From positions 832,001-896,000 of the forward strand of contig CAVSZB010000007.1 of assembly GCA_963732385.1 (NCBI GenBank): a DNA stretch of 64,000 nucleotides, given 5' to 3'. The first letter of the stretch is position 1, and the number at the start of each line of letters is the position of its first letter. This document shows, in pieces, positions 38,365 to 48,299 of the stretch. The stretch is from an uncultured bacterium (lineage in GTDB: Bacteria; Krumholzibacteriota; Krumholzibacteriia; LZORAL124-64-63). The notes beneath the pieces were generated by a model, which saw only the letters and a list, made by a program, of their open reading frames with translations, made no database searches and had not been told where the DNA came from. The position numbers and the translations under genes are program-made.

Positions 38365-38543
38365 GACCGCGGGGCGTCCTGACGGTAGGACCGATAAAGA
38401 TGCAGGGGAATGAACACGCAGTACCCGGCCACGAGCAGCAGCGGCGCGGCGCTGATATCACCCGCCGCGAGCAGGATGTAGCCAAGCAGCAGCGATGTCC
38501 CGCCGGCCACCAGCCAGGCGTGGGTGCGGAGCCGTTGCATCAT
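38355..38543 (-). CDS. Small two-TM membrane protein (DUF3098-like)
   Basis: GGAGG RBS; GYILLAAGDISAAPLLLVAGYCVFIP; stop lies inside tRNA-Val. Confidence 0.65.
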   Translation of the reverse strand: MMQRLRTHAWLVAGGTSLLLGYILLAAGDISAAPLLLVAGYCVFIPLHLYRSYRQDAPRSGE

Positions 38544-38602
38544 CAGTTGCCTCCCCGGTCGGCGCGACCCGCCACGCGCGTGCCGCCGCCGTCCGGCTCA
38601 TG

Positions 38603-38631
38603 ACATTAGCGACGGGCGGTCGGAGCGTCAA
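38603..38631 (-). promoter_or_regulatory. Sigma70-like promoter for the small ORF + tRNA-Val
   Basis: TTGACG-17nt-TAATGT. Confidence 0.6.
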
Positions 38632-38643
38632 GTGCCGCCCTGC

Positions 38644-39786
38644 TCAGCGGGACGGCGCCACGCCCGCCGCTCGCTCCCGCTGCGCCCGCCAGGCGCGCAC
38701 GCCCCGCTCGTGCGCCTCGAGCGTGCGCGAGAAGACATGCCCCCCGTCGCCCCGCGCCACGAAAAAAAGCGCCTCGCACGCGGAGTCGGGGCTGACCGCG
38801 GCGCGCACCGCGGCGGCACCGGGGCTGCCGATCGGACCGGGAGGCAGTCCGGGGCACGTGTAGGTATTGAACGGCGAGTCGACCGTGAGATCGCGGGTGA
38901 ACAGCCGCTCGCCCCGCTTGCGCAGCGCGTAGGCGACCGTCGGATCCGCCTCCAGCCGCCAGCCCAGACGCAGGCGGTTCAGGTAGACCGCCGCAATCCG
39001 CGGACGGTCGTCCGGCAGGCGCGCCTCCGCCTCCACGAGCGAGGCGAGGGTGAGCAGGTCGTGCGGCGCCAGACCGGTCACGCGGGGCAGCGAATCGGCC
39101 CGCGCCACGCCTGCCGTCACGATCACCCTGGCCGCGGCGACCGCCGACAGGCCGGGCGGCAGGAAGTAGGTGTCGGGCGCGAGGTAACCCTCGCACCAGT
39201 GGAAGGGGCGCAACGTCGCGGCCGCGCCGGCCCGCGCCCCCGCGGCCGCGAGGGCGTCGAGCCGGGCCAGACGGGCGGCGTCACCGGCCAGTCCGCGGGC
39301 GACGATCCCGGCCCGCGCCAGCGAGTCGGCGGCCGCGAGGAAGCGCGCCGCATCGCCGCCGGTGGCATCGGCCACCCGGCGCGCCGCCTCCTCCGCCTCG
39401 ATTCCCTCAGGCAACAGCACCCGCGCCAGCACGACCCGCCCCGTGGCCAGCAGCGCGAGCAGGTCACGCGGCGCCAGGCCGCGCGGCAGGGTGTAGACAC
39501 CGGCCCTCAACTGTCGATCCCGGCCGGTGACCCGCGCCACCAGACGCAGCAGTCGGCGCTGGCGGACCAGGCCACGCCGGGCGAGGGTGTCGATGACCGC
39601 GCCATAGGGAGCACCGACCGGCACCCGCACCGTCTGGTACGGCGGCCCGGGCGGACGGCCGCCCGCGGGGCGGCTCCAGGCGCGCCAGCCAAGTCCCACA
39701 CCGCTCGCCAGCAACGCGGCCGCCAGGAGCAGCCGCGCGCTCACGCGCGCGAGCCGTACGCCGGGCCACGGTAACGCGCGCCTCAC
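38644..39786 (-). CDS. mltG: Endolytic transglycosylase MltG
   Basis: N-terminal TM; EGYLAPDTY, LASLVEAE, LEADPTV, SPFNTY, GLPPGPI. Confidence 0.93.
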   Translation of the reverse strand: MRRALPWPGVRLARVSARLLLAAALLASGVGLGWRAWSRPAGGRPPGPPYQTVRVPVGAPYGAVIDTLARRGLVRQRRLLRLVARVTGRDRQLRAGVYTLPRGLAPRDLLALLATGRVVLARVLLPEGIEAEEAARRVADATGGDAARFLAAADSLARAGIVARGLAGDAARLARLDALAAAGARAGAAATLRPFHWCEGYLAPDTYFLPPGLSAVAAARVIVTAGVARADSLPRVTGLAPHDLLTLASLVEAEARLPDDRPRIAAVYLNRLRLGWRLEADPTVAYALRKRGERLFTRDLTVDSPFNTYTCPGLPPGPIGSPGAAAVRAAVSPDSACEALFFVARGDGGHVFSRTLEAHERGVRAWRAQRERAAGVAPSR

Positions 39787-40232
39787 CGCGCCCCCTCAGG
39801 AGCTCCGTCGTCCGGTCGCGACGAACGCGACTGGTCGAGATACTGCTGAAGGATTATCTCGGCGGCGAGCGCATCGACCTCGCCCCGCGGCCGGCGCCGA
39901 CGACCGCCGGCCCGCAGAAACGCAGTCGCCTCACGTGAACTGTAGCGCTCGTCGAGCAGGACGACGGGGAGTCCGAGCGCCGTGGCGATCCTGGCGGCGA
40001 AGGCGCGCGCGCGAGCCGCCGTCTCCCCCTCCCGCCCGCTCTCCTCGAGCGGCAGTCCGACCACCACGGCACGCACGCCGCGCTCGGCAACGAGACGGCG
40101 TAACCGATCGAGCAGGGAACCGTCGCCGGGAGTGGTGTGGGTGCCGACCGCGAAGGCCACGGTCTCGGTCTCGTCGCTCACGGCCATGCCGACGCGGCGC
40201 GCACCGTAATCGAGGCCGAGCAGGGCGCACAT
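39783..40232 (-). CDS. ruvX: YqgF/RuvX pre-16S rRNA nuclease
   Basis: LGLDYGARRVGMAVSD, VVGLP, DERYSS, VDALAAEIILQQYLD. Confidence 0.93.
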   Translation of the reverse strand: MCALLGLDYGARRVGMAVSDETETVAFAVGTHTTPGDGSLLDRLRRLVAERGVRAVVVGLPLEESGREGETAARARAFAARIATALGLPVVLLDERYSSREATAFLRAGGRRRRPRGEVDALAAEIILQQYLDQSRSSRPDDGAPEGAR

Positions 40233-40237
40233 GGGGA

Positions 40238-40651
40238 TCAGGCGCCGGGGTGGAAGCGCTTGCGGAGCCGGGCGCAGAAGCGACCGTCGGGTGCACGCGA
40301 GAATTCGAGATCATCGGTGAATTCGCGCATGATCAGGATGCCGCGGCCGCGCTCCTGCATCAGATCGACGGGCGGCGTCCAGACGCTGTAGTCGAAGCCG
40401 GCGCCATGGTCGAAGACCGCGACTTCGATTTCGGCATCGCCGAATTCGAAGTGGATTTCGATCTCCTGGTCCTCGCGCAGACCGTTGCCGTGCTCCATGG
40501 CATTGGTGCAGGCCTCGATGACCGAAGTGCTCAGTTCGTCGATCTCGCGGCGCTCGAACGGCAGATCACCGGCCAGCTCCATGAGCACCGCATCGGGCAC
40601 CCCCAGGAACACCAGCTGGCTCGGGATCTTCAACTCGATGCGCGGCTTCAC
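40238..40651 (-). CDS. Anti-sigma factor Ser/Thr kinase (RsbW/SpoIIAB-like)
   Basis: EACTNAMEHGN, DHGAGFD, ERGRGILIM. Confidence 0.88.
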   Translation of the reverse strand: MKPRIELKIPSQLVFLGVPDAVLMELAGDLPFERREIDELSTSVIEACTNAMEHGNGLREDQEIEIHFEFGDAEIEVAVFDHGAGFDYSVWTPPVDLMQERGRGILIMREFTDDLEFSRAPDGRFCARLRKRFHPGA

Positions 40652-40673
40652 GGGATCGCGACCTCGCGTCGGT

Positions 40674-41012
40674 TCAGGAGAAGCTCCGGATGGCCGCCTC
40701 TTCGTCCTCGAAGGAGGCGAAGACCGTGTGCAGCTTCGTGACCATGAAAATGCTCTCGATACGGCCCGAAACCCGCAACAGTTTCAGGTCGCCGCCGTTG
40801 TTTTTCAGCGTGGAGTAGCCGGAGATCAGGATCCCGAGGCCGCTGCTGTTGATCCAGGAGACCCGCTCGAGACTGATGACGACGTTGCGGTAGCCCTCGT
40901 GGATGAGCGTCTTGAGCGTGCTGTCGAACATGCCCGCATCGTCGCCGCCCATGATCTTGCCCGACAATTCGAGAATCGCCACACCGTCGCGCTTGCGTTC
41001 CTTGATCTTCAT
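40674..41012 (-). CDS. STAS-domain anti-sigma factor antagonist
   Basis: WINSSGLGILI phospho-Ser motif, GDLKL. Confidence 0.92.
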   Translation of the reverse strand: MKIKERKRDGVAILELSGKIMGGDDAGMFDSTLKTLIHEGYRNVVISLERVSWINSSGLGILISGYSTLKNNGGDLKLLRVSGRIESIFMVTKLHTVFASFEDEEAAIRSFS

Positions 41013-41077
41013 CCCGCGCCTCCCGCGCAACCGCGCCGCACGGCCGAATCCCCGGCGCCACCGGACCGATTGTCGTC

Positions 41078-41106
41078 AAAATAGGAGCCGCTCCCGGTCC
41101 TGTCTA
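41078..41106 (-). promoter_or_regulatory. Sigma70-like promoter of the STAS gene
   Basis: TAGACA-17nt-TATTTT. Confidence 0.5.
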
Positions 41107-41114
41107 GGCGCAAT

Positions 41115-42092
41115 TCACCTCGCCGGACCGCGCAGGAGCGCCAGCGCACGCGCGAAGTCCGCCGGCACCGGGGCGTTCAGCACGAGACGCTCGCCGGTGG
41201 CCGGATGCGTCAGCGACAGTTCCGCGGCGTGCAGCATCTGGCGTCCACCCGCCAGCTTCACCAGCAGCAGCGCTTTTTCGCGATCGAGATTATGCACGTT
41301 TTTGGCGCGGCCGTCGTCGCCGTACACCGGATCGCCCACCACGGGATGACCGTGGTGCGCGCAGTGGACCCGAATCTGGTGCGTGCGCCCGGTATCCAGA
41401 CGCGCACGGGTAAGTTGCACGAAACCGAAATCCTCCGCCACCTCGTAGTGCGTGCGCGCCGTCCGTCCCCCGGTCGGCAGCACCGCCATCCGCTGCCGAT
41501 GCAGCGGGCTGCGCCCGATATTCCCCTCCAGCGTACCCTCACGGTCGCGCCAGAAGGCCCAGGTCAGGGCCAGATAGACCCGCCCGAGTTCGCGACGGCG
41601 GAGTTGGGCCGTCAGCGCGCGCATCGCCTCGTCCGTGAGCGCCACGACCAGCAGCCCGGAGGTGTCGCGGTCGAGCCGGTGCACGATGCCGGGGCGGGTC
41701 GCCGGACCGGCCAGTTCACGGCAGTGATGCAGCAGAGCGTTGACGAGGGTGCCGTCGCGGTGGCCGGGCGCCGGATGCACCACCTGTCCCGGCTCCTTGT
41801 CGATGACCAGCAGATGAGCGTCCGCGTGGACGATCCGCAGCGGCAGATCCTGCGCCACGGCATGCGGCGGCGGCGGCGCCGCCGGCGTCAGCACTACGCT
41901 CGCCTGCGCGCGCAGGCGGTAGGACTTCGGACGGGAACGCCCGTCCACGGTGACCCCGCCGGCGGCGAGCGCCTGCTGGACCTGGTGCCGCGACAGGTCG
42001 GGACAGCGGGCGACGAGGAAAAGATCGAGCCGGGCGGAGTCTTCCTCCGGCGTGACCGTGAAAACGCGCACGGTGACGGCGGGTTCAGACAT
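41115..42092 (-). CDS. rluD: RluA/RluD family 23S rRNA pseudouridine synthase
   Basis: S4 domain; VHPAPG, HRLDRDTSG, TGRTHQIRVH, GDPVY, QMLHA. Confidence 0.9.
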   Translation of the reverse strand: MSEPAVTVRVFTVTPEEDSARLDLFLVARCPDLSRHQVQQALAAGGVTVDGRSRPKSYRLRAQASVVLTPAAPPPPHAVAQDLPLRIVHADAHLLVIDKEPGQVVHPAPGHRDGTLVNALLHHCRELAGPATRPGIVHRLDRDTSGLLVVALTDEAMRALTAQLRRRELGRVYLALTWAFWRDREGTLEGNIGRSPLHRQRMAVLPTGGRTARTHYEVAEDFGFVQLTRARLDTGRTHQIRVHCAHHGHPVVGDPVYGDDGRAKNVHNLDREKALLLVKLAGGRQMLHAAELSLTHPATGERLVLNAPVPADFARALALLRGPAR

Positions 42093-42669
42093 GGTCCGCG
42101 TCCTGCGGCGGCGTTTCCGGTGCAGCGGCGGGCCCCGGCACGACGGCGGGCGGCGACGGCGGCAACGGCTCTGCGGCAGCGGCCGGCGACCGCCGCTGGG
42201 CGCGGTTCTCGGTCAGCACCGCCAGGAACAGCGCGGCGCCGCCGAGCGTCACCCCCATGTCGGCGACATTGAAGGTGTAGAAACGATGGGCTCCCACGCC
42301 GAGGTCGATGAAATCGACGACGAGGCCGTGGTAGAAGATCCGGTCGACGAGATTGCCGAGCGCGCCGCCGAGAATCGCGGCCAGCGCGCCCAGGCGCAGG
42401 CGCTGGTCGCGAGGGCCGCGCGTGTAGAGCCAGATCAGCAGCAGGGAGGTCGCGAGGCTGACCCCGATCAGCAGCCAGCGCCCGCCGTGGAACAGGCCCA
42501 TAGCGGCGCCGGGGTTGCGCACGTAGCCGAAGCGGATGAAGTCGCCAAGAACGGGCACACCAGCCCGCAGGACGTCGGCCTGGCCCAGTACGACCCGCTT
42601 GGAGCAGAAATCCGTCACGAGGACGGCGGGCGCCCAGAGCCACGCGGGGAGGGAACGAAGAGGGCTCAA
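42085..42669 (-). CDS. lspA: Lipoprotein signal peptidase II
   Basis: NPGAAMG, GGALGNLVDR, VVDFID, FNVAD; TTG overlapping the upstream stop. Confidence 0.95.
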   Translation of the reverse strand: MSPLRSLPAWLWAPAVLVTDFCSKRVVLGQADVLRAGVPVLGDFIRFGYVRNPGAAMGLFHGGRWLLIGVSLATSLLLIWLYTRGPRDQRLRLGALAAILGGALGNLVDRIFYHGLVVDFIDLGVGAHRFYTFNVADMGVTLGGAALFLAVLTENRAQRRSPAAAAEPLPPSPPAVVPGPAAAPETPPQDADHV

Positions 42670-43043
42670 TCGGCCTCCTTCTCCTCCTTCTCCTTGCAGG
42701 CGATGCAGAGCCGGGTGTACGGCAGCGCCTTGATGCGCTCGATCGCGATCTGGCCGTTGCATGATTCGCACCTGCCGTAGGTGCCATCCTCGATGCGCGT
42801 GAGGGCTTCCATAATATGGTAGAGGTAGCGGCCCTCGGTGGTGGCGAACTGGATGGTGGCCTCATACTGGTACTCGTCCGTGCCCTGATCGGCCATGTGG
42901 TTCGAATGCGCCTTGGACAGGTCCGGACCAGGGCCATCGCCTTCGTGCTTGATGATGTTCGAATGTTTGGCGAGGGACTTGCCCACCCGATCCCTTTCCG
43001 CCTCGAGCACGCGTCGAAAACGCTCCAGGTCGGTCTTCCTCAT
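42666..43043 (-). CDS. TraR/DksA C4-type zinc finger protein
   Basis: HMADQGTD, ALTRIEDGTYGRCESC...ERIKALP..RLCIAC. Confidence 0.93.
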   Translation of the reverse strand: MRKTDLERFRRVLEAERDRVGKSLAKHSNIIKHEGDGPGPDLSKAHSNHMADQGTDEYQYEATIQFATTEGRYLYHIMEALTRIEDGTYGRCESCNGQIAIERIKALPYTRLCIACKEKEEKEAD

Positions 43044-46000
43044 GATCCGCCTCCCGGCTCGGCCGACCGTCGGGCCAGTGCCACCACGATCCGCACGTCA
43101 TCCACCGTGAACTCTTCGCGATGGGGCAAATCTTCCTCCGTCGCGACCGATTCCGCCAGCGTCTCACCCGTGATCCGCGCCCCGTGGGCCGCCATGATCC
43201 GCCCCACGCGCGGCGCGCCGGCCACGGCCAGCCGGATGCGGTCCGAGACCGCCAGGCCGCTCTTCTTGCGCAGGTTCTGCACCCGGTTGATGATCTCGCG
43301 CGCGAGACCTTCGTCCACCAGTTCGTCGGTAAGAGTCGTATCGAGCGCCACTGTAAAGCCGTTTCCGCTGACCGCAATATACGGCGTCACGCCGGCTTCG
43401 GTCACCCCCGCTTCCGCGGAGGTGATCTCCAGGCGTTCCCCCTCCAGATCGACCTCCACCCGCCCCGCGGCGCGCAGAATGGCCGCTTCGGCCGGAGACA
43501 TCGCCGTGATGCGCCGCGCCGCCAAAGGCGCGCGCGGGCCGAAGCGCGGACCGAGCGCCCGGAAGTTGGGGCGCACGGCGAGCGTCAGCACCCTCAGGGG
43601 GTCATCCAGCGCCACGACCTCCCGCACGTTGAGTTCCTCGGCGACCAGCGCGGCCACGGCCACGTTGCCCGTCAGCCGCGCAGCCCGCCCGTCGGCGCCA
43701 TGCACCAGCAGGCGTGCGAGCGGTTGCCGGGTGCGCAGCCCGGCATCCTGACGCAGGGCGCGGCCAAGGCCGACCACTTCCTGGGCGGCGGTCATCTGCG
43801 CCTCGAGCGACTCGTCGCGCCGCGCCGCGTCGGGCAGCGGGTAGTCGGTCAGATGCACCGAAACGTCCGGATCGGCGTGCGCGCGCAGGCCGCGGTACAG
43901 CTCCTCGGCGACGAACGGCACGAACGGCGCCAGCAGGCGCAGCGATGTCTCGAGCACGGTGTACAAAGTGGTGTAGGCGGCGCGCTTGTCGGGCGTGGCC
44001 TCGCCCTTCCAGAAACGGCGCCGGCAGAGCCGCACGTACCAGTTGCTGACATCGTCGACGAGGAACGCCCCGACCGCCTTGGCGGCGCGGGTGAAATTGA
44101 GCTCGTCGAGCGCCGCGCGTGCCTCGACGACGACGGTCTGCAGGCGGCTCAGCACCCAGCGGTCGAGCAGCGCCAGCGCCGTGTCGTCCGCCGCCGCGCC
44201 GACCGCCGGCGCCACGAAGCCGTCGAGATTCGCGTAGAGCGTGAAGAAGGTGTACGTGTTCTCCAGCGTGGCCAGCAGCTTGCGCTGCGCCTCCTTCACC
44301 CCCTCGCGGTCGAAGCGGGTCGGCACCCAGGCCGGCGAGGCGGTCAACAGGTACCAGCGCAGCGGGTCGGCCCCCTCGACGCGCAGGATGTCGCGCGGAT
44401 CGACCGCGTTGCCCTGCGATTTCGACATCTTCCGCCCGTCGCGGTCGAGGATCAGCTCGTGCACGAGACACGACCGGTAGGAGCTGCGACCGGTCAGGAA
44501 GGTGGAGATGACCAGCATCGTGTAGAACCAGCCGCGGGTCTGGTCGATCCCCTCGCTGATGAAATCGGCCGGGAACTGCGAATCGAACAGCTCGCGGTTG
44601 GCGAAGGGATAGTGGTACTGGGCGAACGGCATCGCGCCCGAATCGAACCAGCAGTCGATCACCTCCGGCGTGCGGCGCATCGTGCCGCCGCAGCCGGCGC
44701 GGCAGGCGAACGTGACCTCGTCGACGAAGGGGCGGTGCGGATCGAGCTGCCCGCAATCGCGTCCGCTCCAGGCGGTGAGGTCGGCGCGGCAGGTCGGCAT
44801 GGCCTGCGCGTCGCAGCCGTCGCAGATCCAGACGTTGAGCGGCGTGCCCCAGTAGCGGTTGCGGCTGAGCGACCAGTCGACATTGCCGGCCAGCCAGTTG
44901 CCGAAGCGTGCCTGCCCGACCTCGGGCGGCATCCAGCGGATGTCGGCGTTGGCCGCCGCGAGCTGCTGCCGGAGCTCGCTCGTGCGGATGAACCACGCCG
45001 GCGTGGCGTAGTAGATCAGCGGGGAATCGCAGCGGTCGTGGAACGGGTAATCGTGCGTGTAAGGGGTGTCGGCGAGCAGCTGGCCGCCGTCGCGCAGGTC
45101 GGCGATGATCCGTTGGTCGGCCGCCTTGACGTGCGTGCCGGCGTACGGCGGCACCTCGTCCGTGAACTTCCCCTCGGCATCGACCGGACAGAAGACCGGC
45201 AGGCCGTGCGCCTGGCCGGTCTGGAAGTCATCCTCGCCGAACGCCGGCGCGAGATGGACAATGCCGCTGCCGGTATCAAGGGTGACGTAGTCGGCCGGCA
45301 CGACGCGGAAAGCCGCGGCGCGCAGGCTCTCGGGCAGGAACGGGAAGAGCGGCAGGTAGCGCCGCCCGACCAGTTCGGCCCCCTTCAGCTTGTCCAGTAC
45401 TTCGACCGCGTCGGCGCCGCCGAGCAGATCGAGACGGGCCTCGGCCAGGATCAGCGTCTCGCCGTGGTGGCGCACGCGCACGTAATCGAATTCCGGGCCG
45501 ACCGCGAGACCGACATTCGCCGGCAGGGTCCAGGGGGTGGTGGTCCAGGTGACGAAGTGCTCGTCGGCGTCGGCCGCGCGCAGCCGCACCGCGATCGCCG
45601 GATCGGTGACCTGACGGTAACCGTTGGCCATTTCGTGGCTCGACAGCGGCGTGCCGCACTGCGTGCAGTAGGGCACCACCTTCTGCCCGCGGGTGAGCAG
45701 ACCGGCCTCGCCGAAGCGCGACAGGATCCACCAGACCGACTCGATGTACTCCGGATCATAGGTGACGTAGGGATCGTCGAGATCGACCCAGTAGCCGATC
45801 GCGGCGGTGAACTCGTCCCAGTCGCTCTTGCAGGACCAGACGCTCTCGCGGCAGGCGGCGTTGAAGCGCTCGATTCCGTAGGCTTCGATCGCGCGGCGTC
45901 CCTGGATGCCGAGCCGCTTCTCGACCGCGCGCTCGACCGGCAGCCCGTGCGTGTCCCACCCCGCCTTGCGCAGCACGCGGTGGCCGGTCATGGTCCGGTA

Positions 46001-46237
46001 GCGACACATGACGTCCTTGCACAGGCGGGCCATCACATGGTGCACGCCGGGCAGGCCGTTGGCCGTGGGCGGGCCCTCGTAGAAGACGAAGTCCGCCGCC
46101 CCCTCCCGCTGCGCGATGCTGCGGCGGAAGACATCGTGGTCGCGCCAGAAGGCGCTGATGAGTTGCTCCGACTCCGCGTCGTGGAACTTGCGCGCCAGCG
46201 GCGGGTAGAGCGGGGCGTCCTTGTCCATCATCCTCAT
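43040..46237 (-). CDS. ileS: Isoleucine--tRNA ligase, type 2
   Basis: FYEGPPTANGLPGVHH, GWDTHGLP, WTTTPWTLP, SRNRYWG, DQTRGWF, KMSKS. Confidence 0.98.
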   Translation of the reverse strand: MRMMDKDAPLYPPLARKFHDAESEQLISAFWRDHDVFRRSIAQREGAADFVFYEGPPTANGLPGVHHVMARLCKDVMCRYRTMTGHRVLRKAGWDTHGLPVERAVEKRLGIQGRRAIEAYGIERFNAACRESVWSCKSDWDEFTAAIGYWVDLDDPYVTYDPEYIESVWWILSRFGEAGLLTRGQKVVPYCTQCGTPLSSHEMANGYRQVTDPAIAVRLRAADADEHFVTWTTTPWTLPANVGLAVGPEFDYVRVRHHGETLILAEARLDLLGGADAVEVLDKLKGAELVGRRYLPLFPFLPESLRAAAFRVVPADYVTLDTGSGIVHLAPAFGEDDFQTGQAHGLPVFCPVDAEGKFTDEVPPYAGTHVKAADQRIIADLRDGGQLLADTPYTHDYPFHDRCDSPLIYYATPAWFIRTSELRQQLAAANADIRWMPPEVGQARFGNWLAGNVDWSLSRNRYWGTPLNVWICDGCDAQAMPTCRADLTAWSGRDCGQLDPHRPFVDEVTFACRAGCGGTMRRTPEVIDCWFDSGAMPFAQYHYPFANRELFDSQFPADFISEGIDQTRGWFYTMLVISTFLTGRSSYRSCLVHELILDRDGRKMSKSQGNAVDPRDILRVEGADPLRWYLLTASPAWVPTRFDREGVKEAQRKLLATLENTYTFFTLYANLDGFVAPAVGAAADDTALALLDRWVLSRLQTVVVEARAALDELNFTRAAKAVGAFLVDDVSNWYVRLCRRRFWKGEATPDKRAAYTTLYTVLETSLRLLAPFVPFVAEELYRGLRAHADPDVSVHLTDYPLPDAARRDESLEAQMTAAQEVVGLGRALRQDAGLRTRQPLARLLVHGADGRAARLTGNVAVAALVAEELNVREVVALDDPLRVLTLAVRPNFRALGPRFGPRAPLAARRITAMSPAEAAILRAAGRVEVDLEGERLEITSAEAGVTEAGVTPYIAVSGNGFTVALDTTLTDELVDEGLAREIINRVQNLRKKSGLAVSDRIRLAVAGAPRVGRIMAAHGARITGETLAESVATEEDLPHREEFTVDDVRIVVALARRSAEPGGGS

Positions 46238-46281
46238 GATCCCGTGACGGCCGGCGCGGGCGGAGCGACAGCCGGCGTGGT

Positions 46282-47112
46282 TCAGGCGGCCGGCAGCCGC
46301 CGCAGGAAACCGGTCATCAGCGCCTCCAGATGCGGCGTCGCCGCGCTCGCGGTGCGGATGATCTCCTCCACGTTGGCCGGGTGCAGGGCATCGGGGAAGC
46401 AGGCGTCGGTGACGACCGAGACGCCCAGCACCTTCAGCCCCGCGTGAACCGCCACCAGGCACTCCGGCACGATCGACATGCCGACGGTATCGGCGCCCAC
46501 CGCGCGCAGAAAGCGGTATTCCGCGGCCGTTTCCAGGTTCGGACCGGCCACGGCCACGTAGACGGCGCGCCGCAGTTGCAGGCCCGCCGCCAGCGCCACC
46601 GACTCGATCAGCTCGACATGGGCCCGACAATACGGTTCCGACATGTCGGGAAAGCGCGGTCCGAGGCGGTCGTCGTTCGGCCCGATGAGAGGATTGTCGC
46701 CCATCAGGTTGATGTGGTCGGTGATAACCGTCAGGTCGCCCGGGCGCAGCTGCGGATTCATCCCTCCGACGGCGTTCGACATGATCAGTGTCGACACACC
46801 GAGCGCCTTCATCACCCTGACCGGCAGGGTGATCTGCTGCATCGAATAGCCCTCGTAGTAGTGGACCCGCCCCTGCATCGCCATGACCGGCTGCCCGCCG
46901 AGGGTGCCCAGCACCAGGTTGCCGGCGTGGCTCTCCGCCGTGGAGGCGGCGAAATGCGGGATCTCCGCGAAGGGGACGGTCAGCACAGCGTCGATCTGGG
47001 CGGCCAGATCGCCCAGCCCGGTCCCGAGGATCAGACCGACCCGCGGACCGAAATCCGTGCGCGCCCGCAGGTACGCCACGGCCGCTTCGATCTGGTTCCA
47101 GATGCCGCTCAA
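46282..47112 (-). CDS. Purine-nucleoside phosphorylase (trimeric type)
   Basis: ILGTGLG, GRVHYYEG, DHIN, GPRFPDM, GPNLET.AE, VGMS; TTG start after GGGAGG. Confidence 0.95.
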   Translation of the reverse strand: MSGIWNQIEAAVAYLRARTDFGPRVGLILGTGLGDLAAQIDAVLTVPFAEIPHFAASTAESHAGNLVLGTLGGQPVMAMQGRVHYYEGYSMQQITLPVRVMKALGVSTLIMSNAVGGMNPQLRPGDLTVITDHINLMGDNPLIGPNDDRLGPRFPDMSEPYCRAHVELIESVALAAGLQLRRAVYVAVAGPNLETAAEYRFLRAVGADTVGMSIVPECLVAVHAGLKVLGVSVVTDACFPDALHPANVEEIIRTASAATPHLEALMTGFLRRLPAA

Positions 47113-47282
47113 GGCGTGCCTCCCAGGCAATGAACGGGTCAAAATAGCATGGTCGCGTCCGGTGCGACAGGAAAATGAAAGTTGGCCGCAGCGCGGCGCC
47201 GCGCCCCCAGGACCGGCCCCGGAACGGTCGCGGGCGGCCCGCAAGGGACCGCCCGTGCCGTGAAGCCGAGGTTGCCCGCGGC

Positions 47283-48215
47283 CTAGAGGTCGTTCAGTCC
47301 GCGGGTGAAAGAGTCCATGTTCCAGGTACCGACGTTCGCGCGCGCCCCGGACTCGGCCGGTGCCGGGTCGGCCGCCTCCGCCTCGCGGTCGAGCGCGGCG
47401 ACCTCCTCCTGCACCGCGTGCAATGGCTCGAGCAGTTCATCCACGTCCTCGGGCTCCAGATCGGCGCCCGGGCGGTGCGCGGCGGCCGGGGGGGGCGCCG
47501 CCGGCTCGGCCGGGCGGGGCGCCGGCGTGTCGCTCCACGCCTCGGCGCCGGGCGCCGCCTCGGCCCGCCACGGATCAGCGACCGGCCGCTCCGGCGCGCG
47601 TTCCGGCCCGGCCGCGGCGCGGCCCGGTTCGTAATCGCGCCACTCGTCACGCACGCCCTCGTCACGCGGCCGCTCCGACGCGACGGGGATCTCGCCGGCG
47701 GGACGCTGGGGCGCGGACGCCTGGCGCGGGGCCTGCCCCATCAACCGGCGGTCAAGCTCATCGAAGTCGGTCCGGTGGTTCTCGATGAACTGGATCTGCG
47801 CCTCGGCCAGTCCCTTCACACGCGCCAGGAAGGCCTCCTTCTCCTTGTGGAGATCGATGACTTCGCGCCGCAGCTCCGCCGCCTGGCGGCGGTAGTTCTC
47901 GGTCGCCTGCTGCGCCTTCATCTCGGCGTCCTTCAGGATCAGGTCCGCCTCCTTGCGCGCGTTGTCGCGCGCCTCGGCGAGCACGCGCTCGGCGGTCATC
48001 AACGTATCGCGCAGGGTCTTTTCCATGTGGCGGTACTCCTGGATCTTCTCGTCGAGTTCCAGGATCCGCTCGCGCAACTGCTTGTTGTCCAGCAGGACGG
48101 CCTCGTACTCATCGGCCACGGTGGTCAGAAAGGCCTGGACCTCCTCAGCGTCGTAGCCGCGCATGCCCTTCTTGAATTCCTGCTTGCGGACGTCCAGAGG
48201 AGTGATCCTCATCAT
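47283..48215 (-). CDS. DivIVA-domain coiled-coil protein
   Basis: ITPLDVRKQEFKKGMRGYDAEEV, long coiled coil, Pro/Ala/Glu-rich disordered tail. Confidence 0.92.
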   Translation of the reverse strand: MMRITPLDVRKQEFKKGMRGYDAEEVQAFLTTVADEYEAVLLDNKQLRERILELDEKIQEYRHMEKTLRDTLMTAERVLAEARDNARKEADLILKDAEMKAQQATENYRRQAAELRREVIDLHKEKEAFLARVKGLAEAQIQFIENHRTDFDELDRRLMGQAPRQASAPQRPAGEIPVASERPRDEGVRDEWRDYEPGRAAAGPERAPERPVADPWRAEAAPGAEAWSDTPAPRPAEPAAPPPAAAHRPGADLEPEDVDELLEPLHAVQEEVAALDREAEAADPAPAESGARANVGTWNMDSFTRGLNDL

Positions 48216-48299
48216 CTGACCTCCCGGGTTGGGCCCGGCCCTTGGGGACACCGCGCGTCAAACCGCGCGGCCCGGGGTCGCACGCTTTCGCGACCCTTT

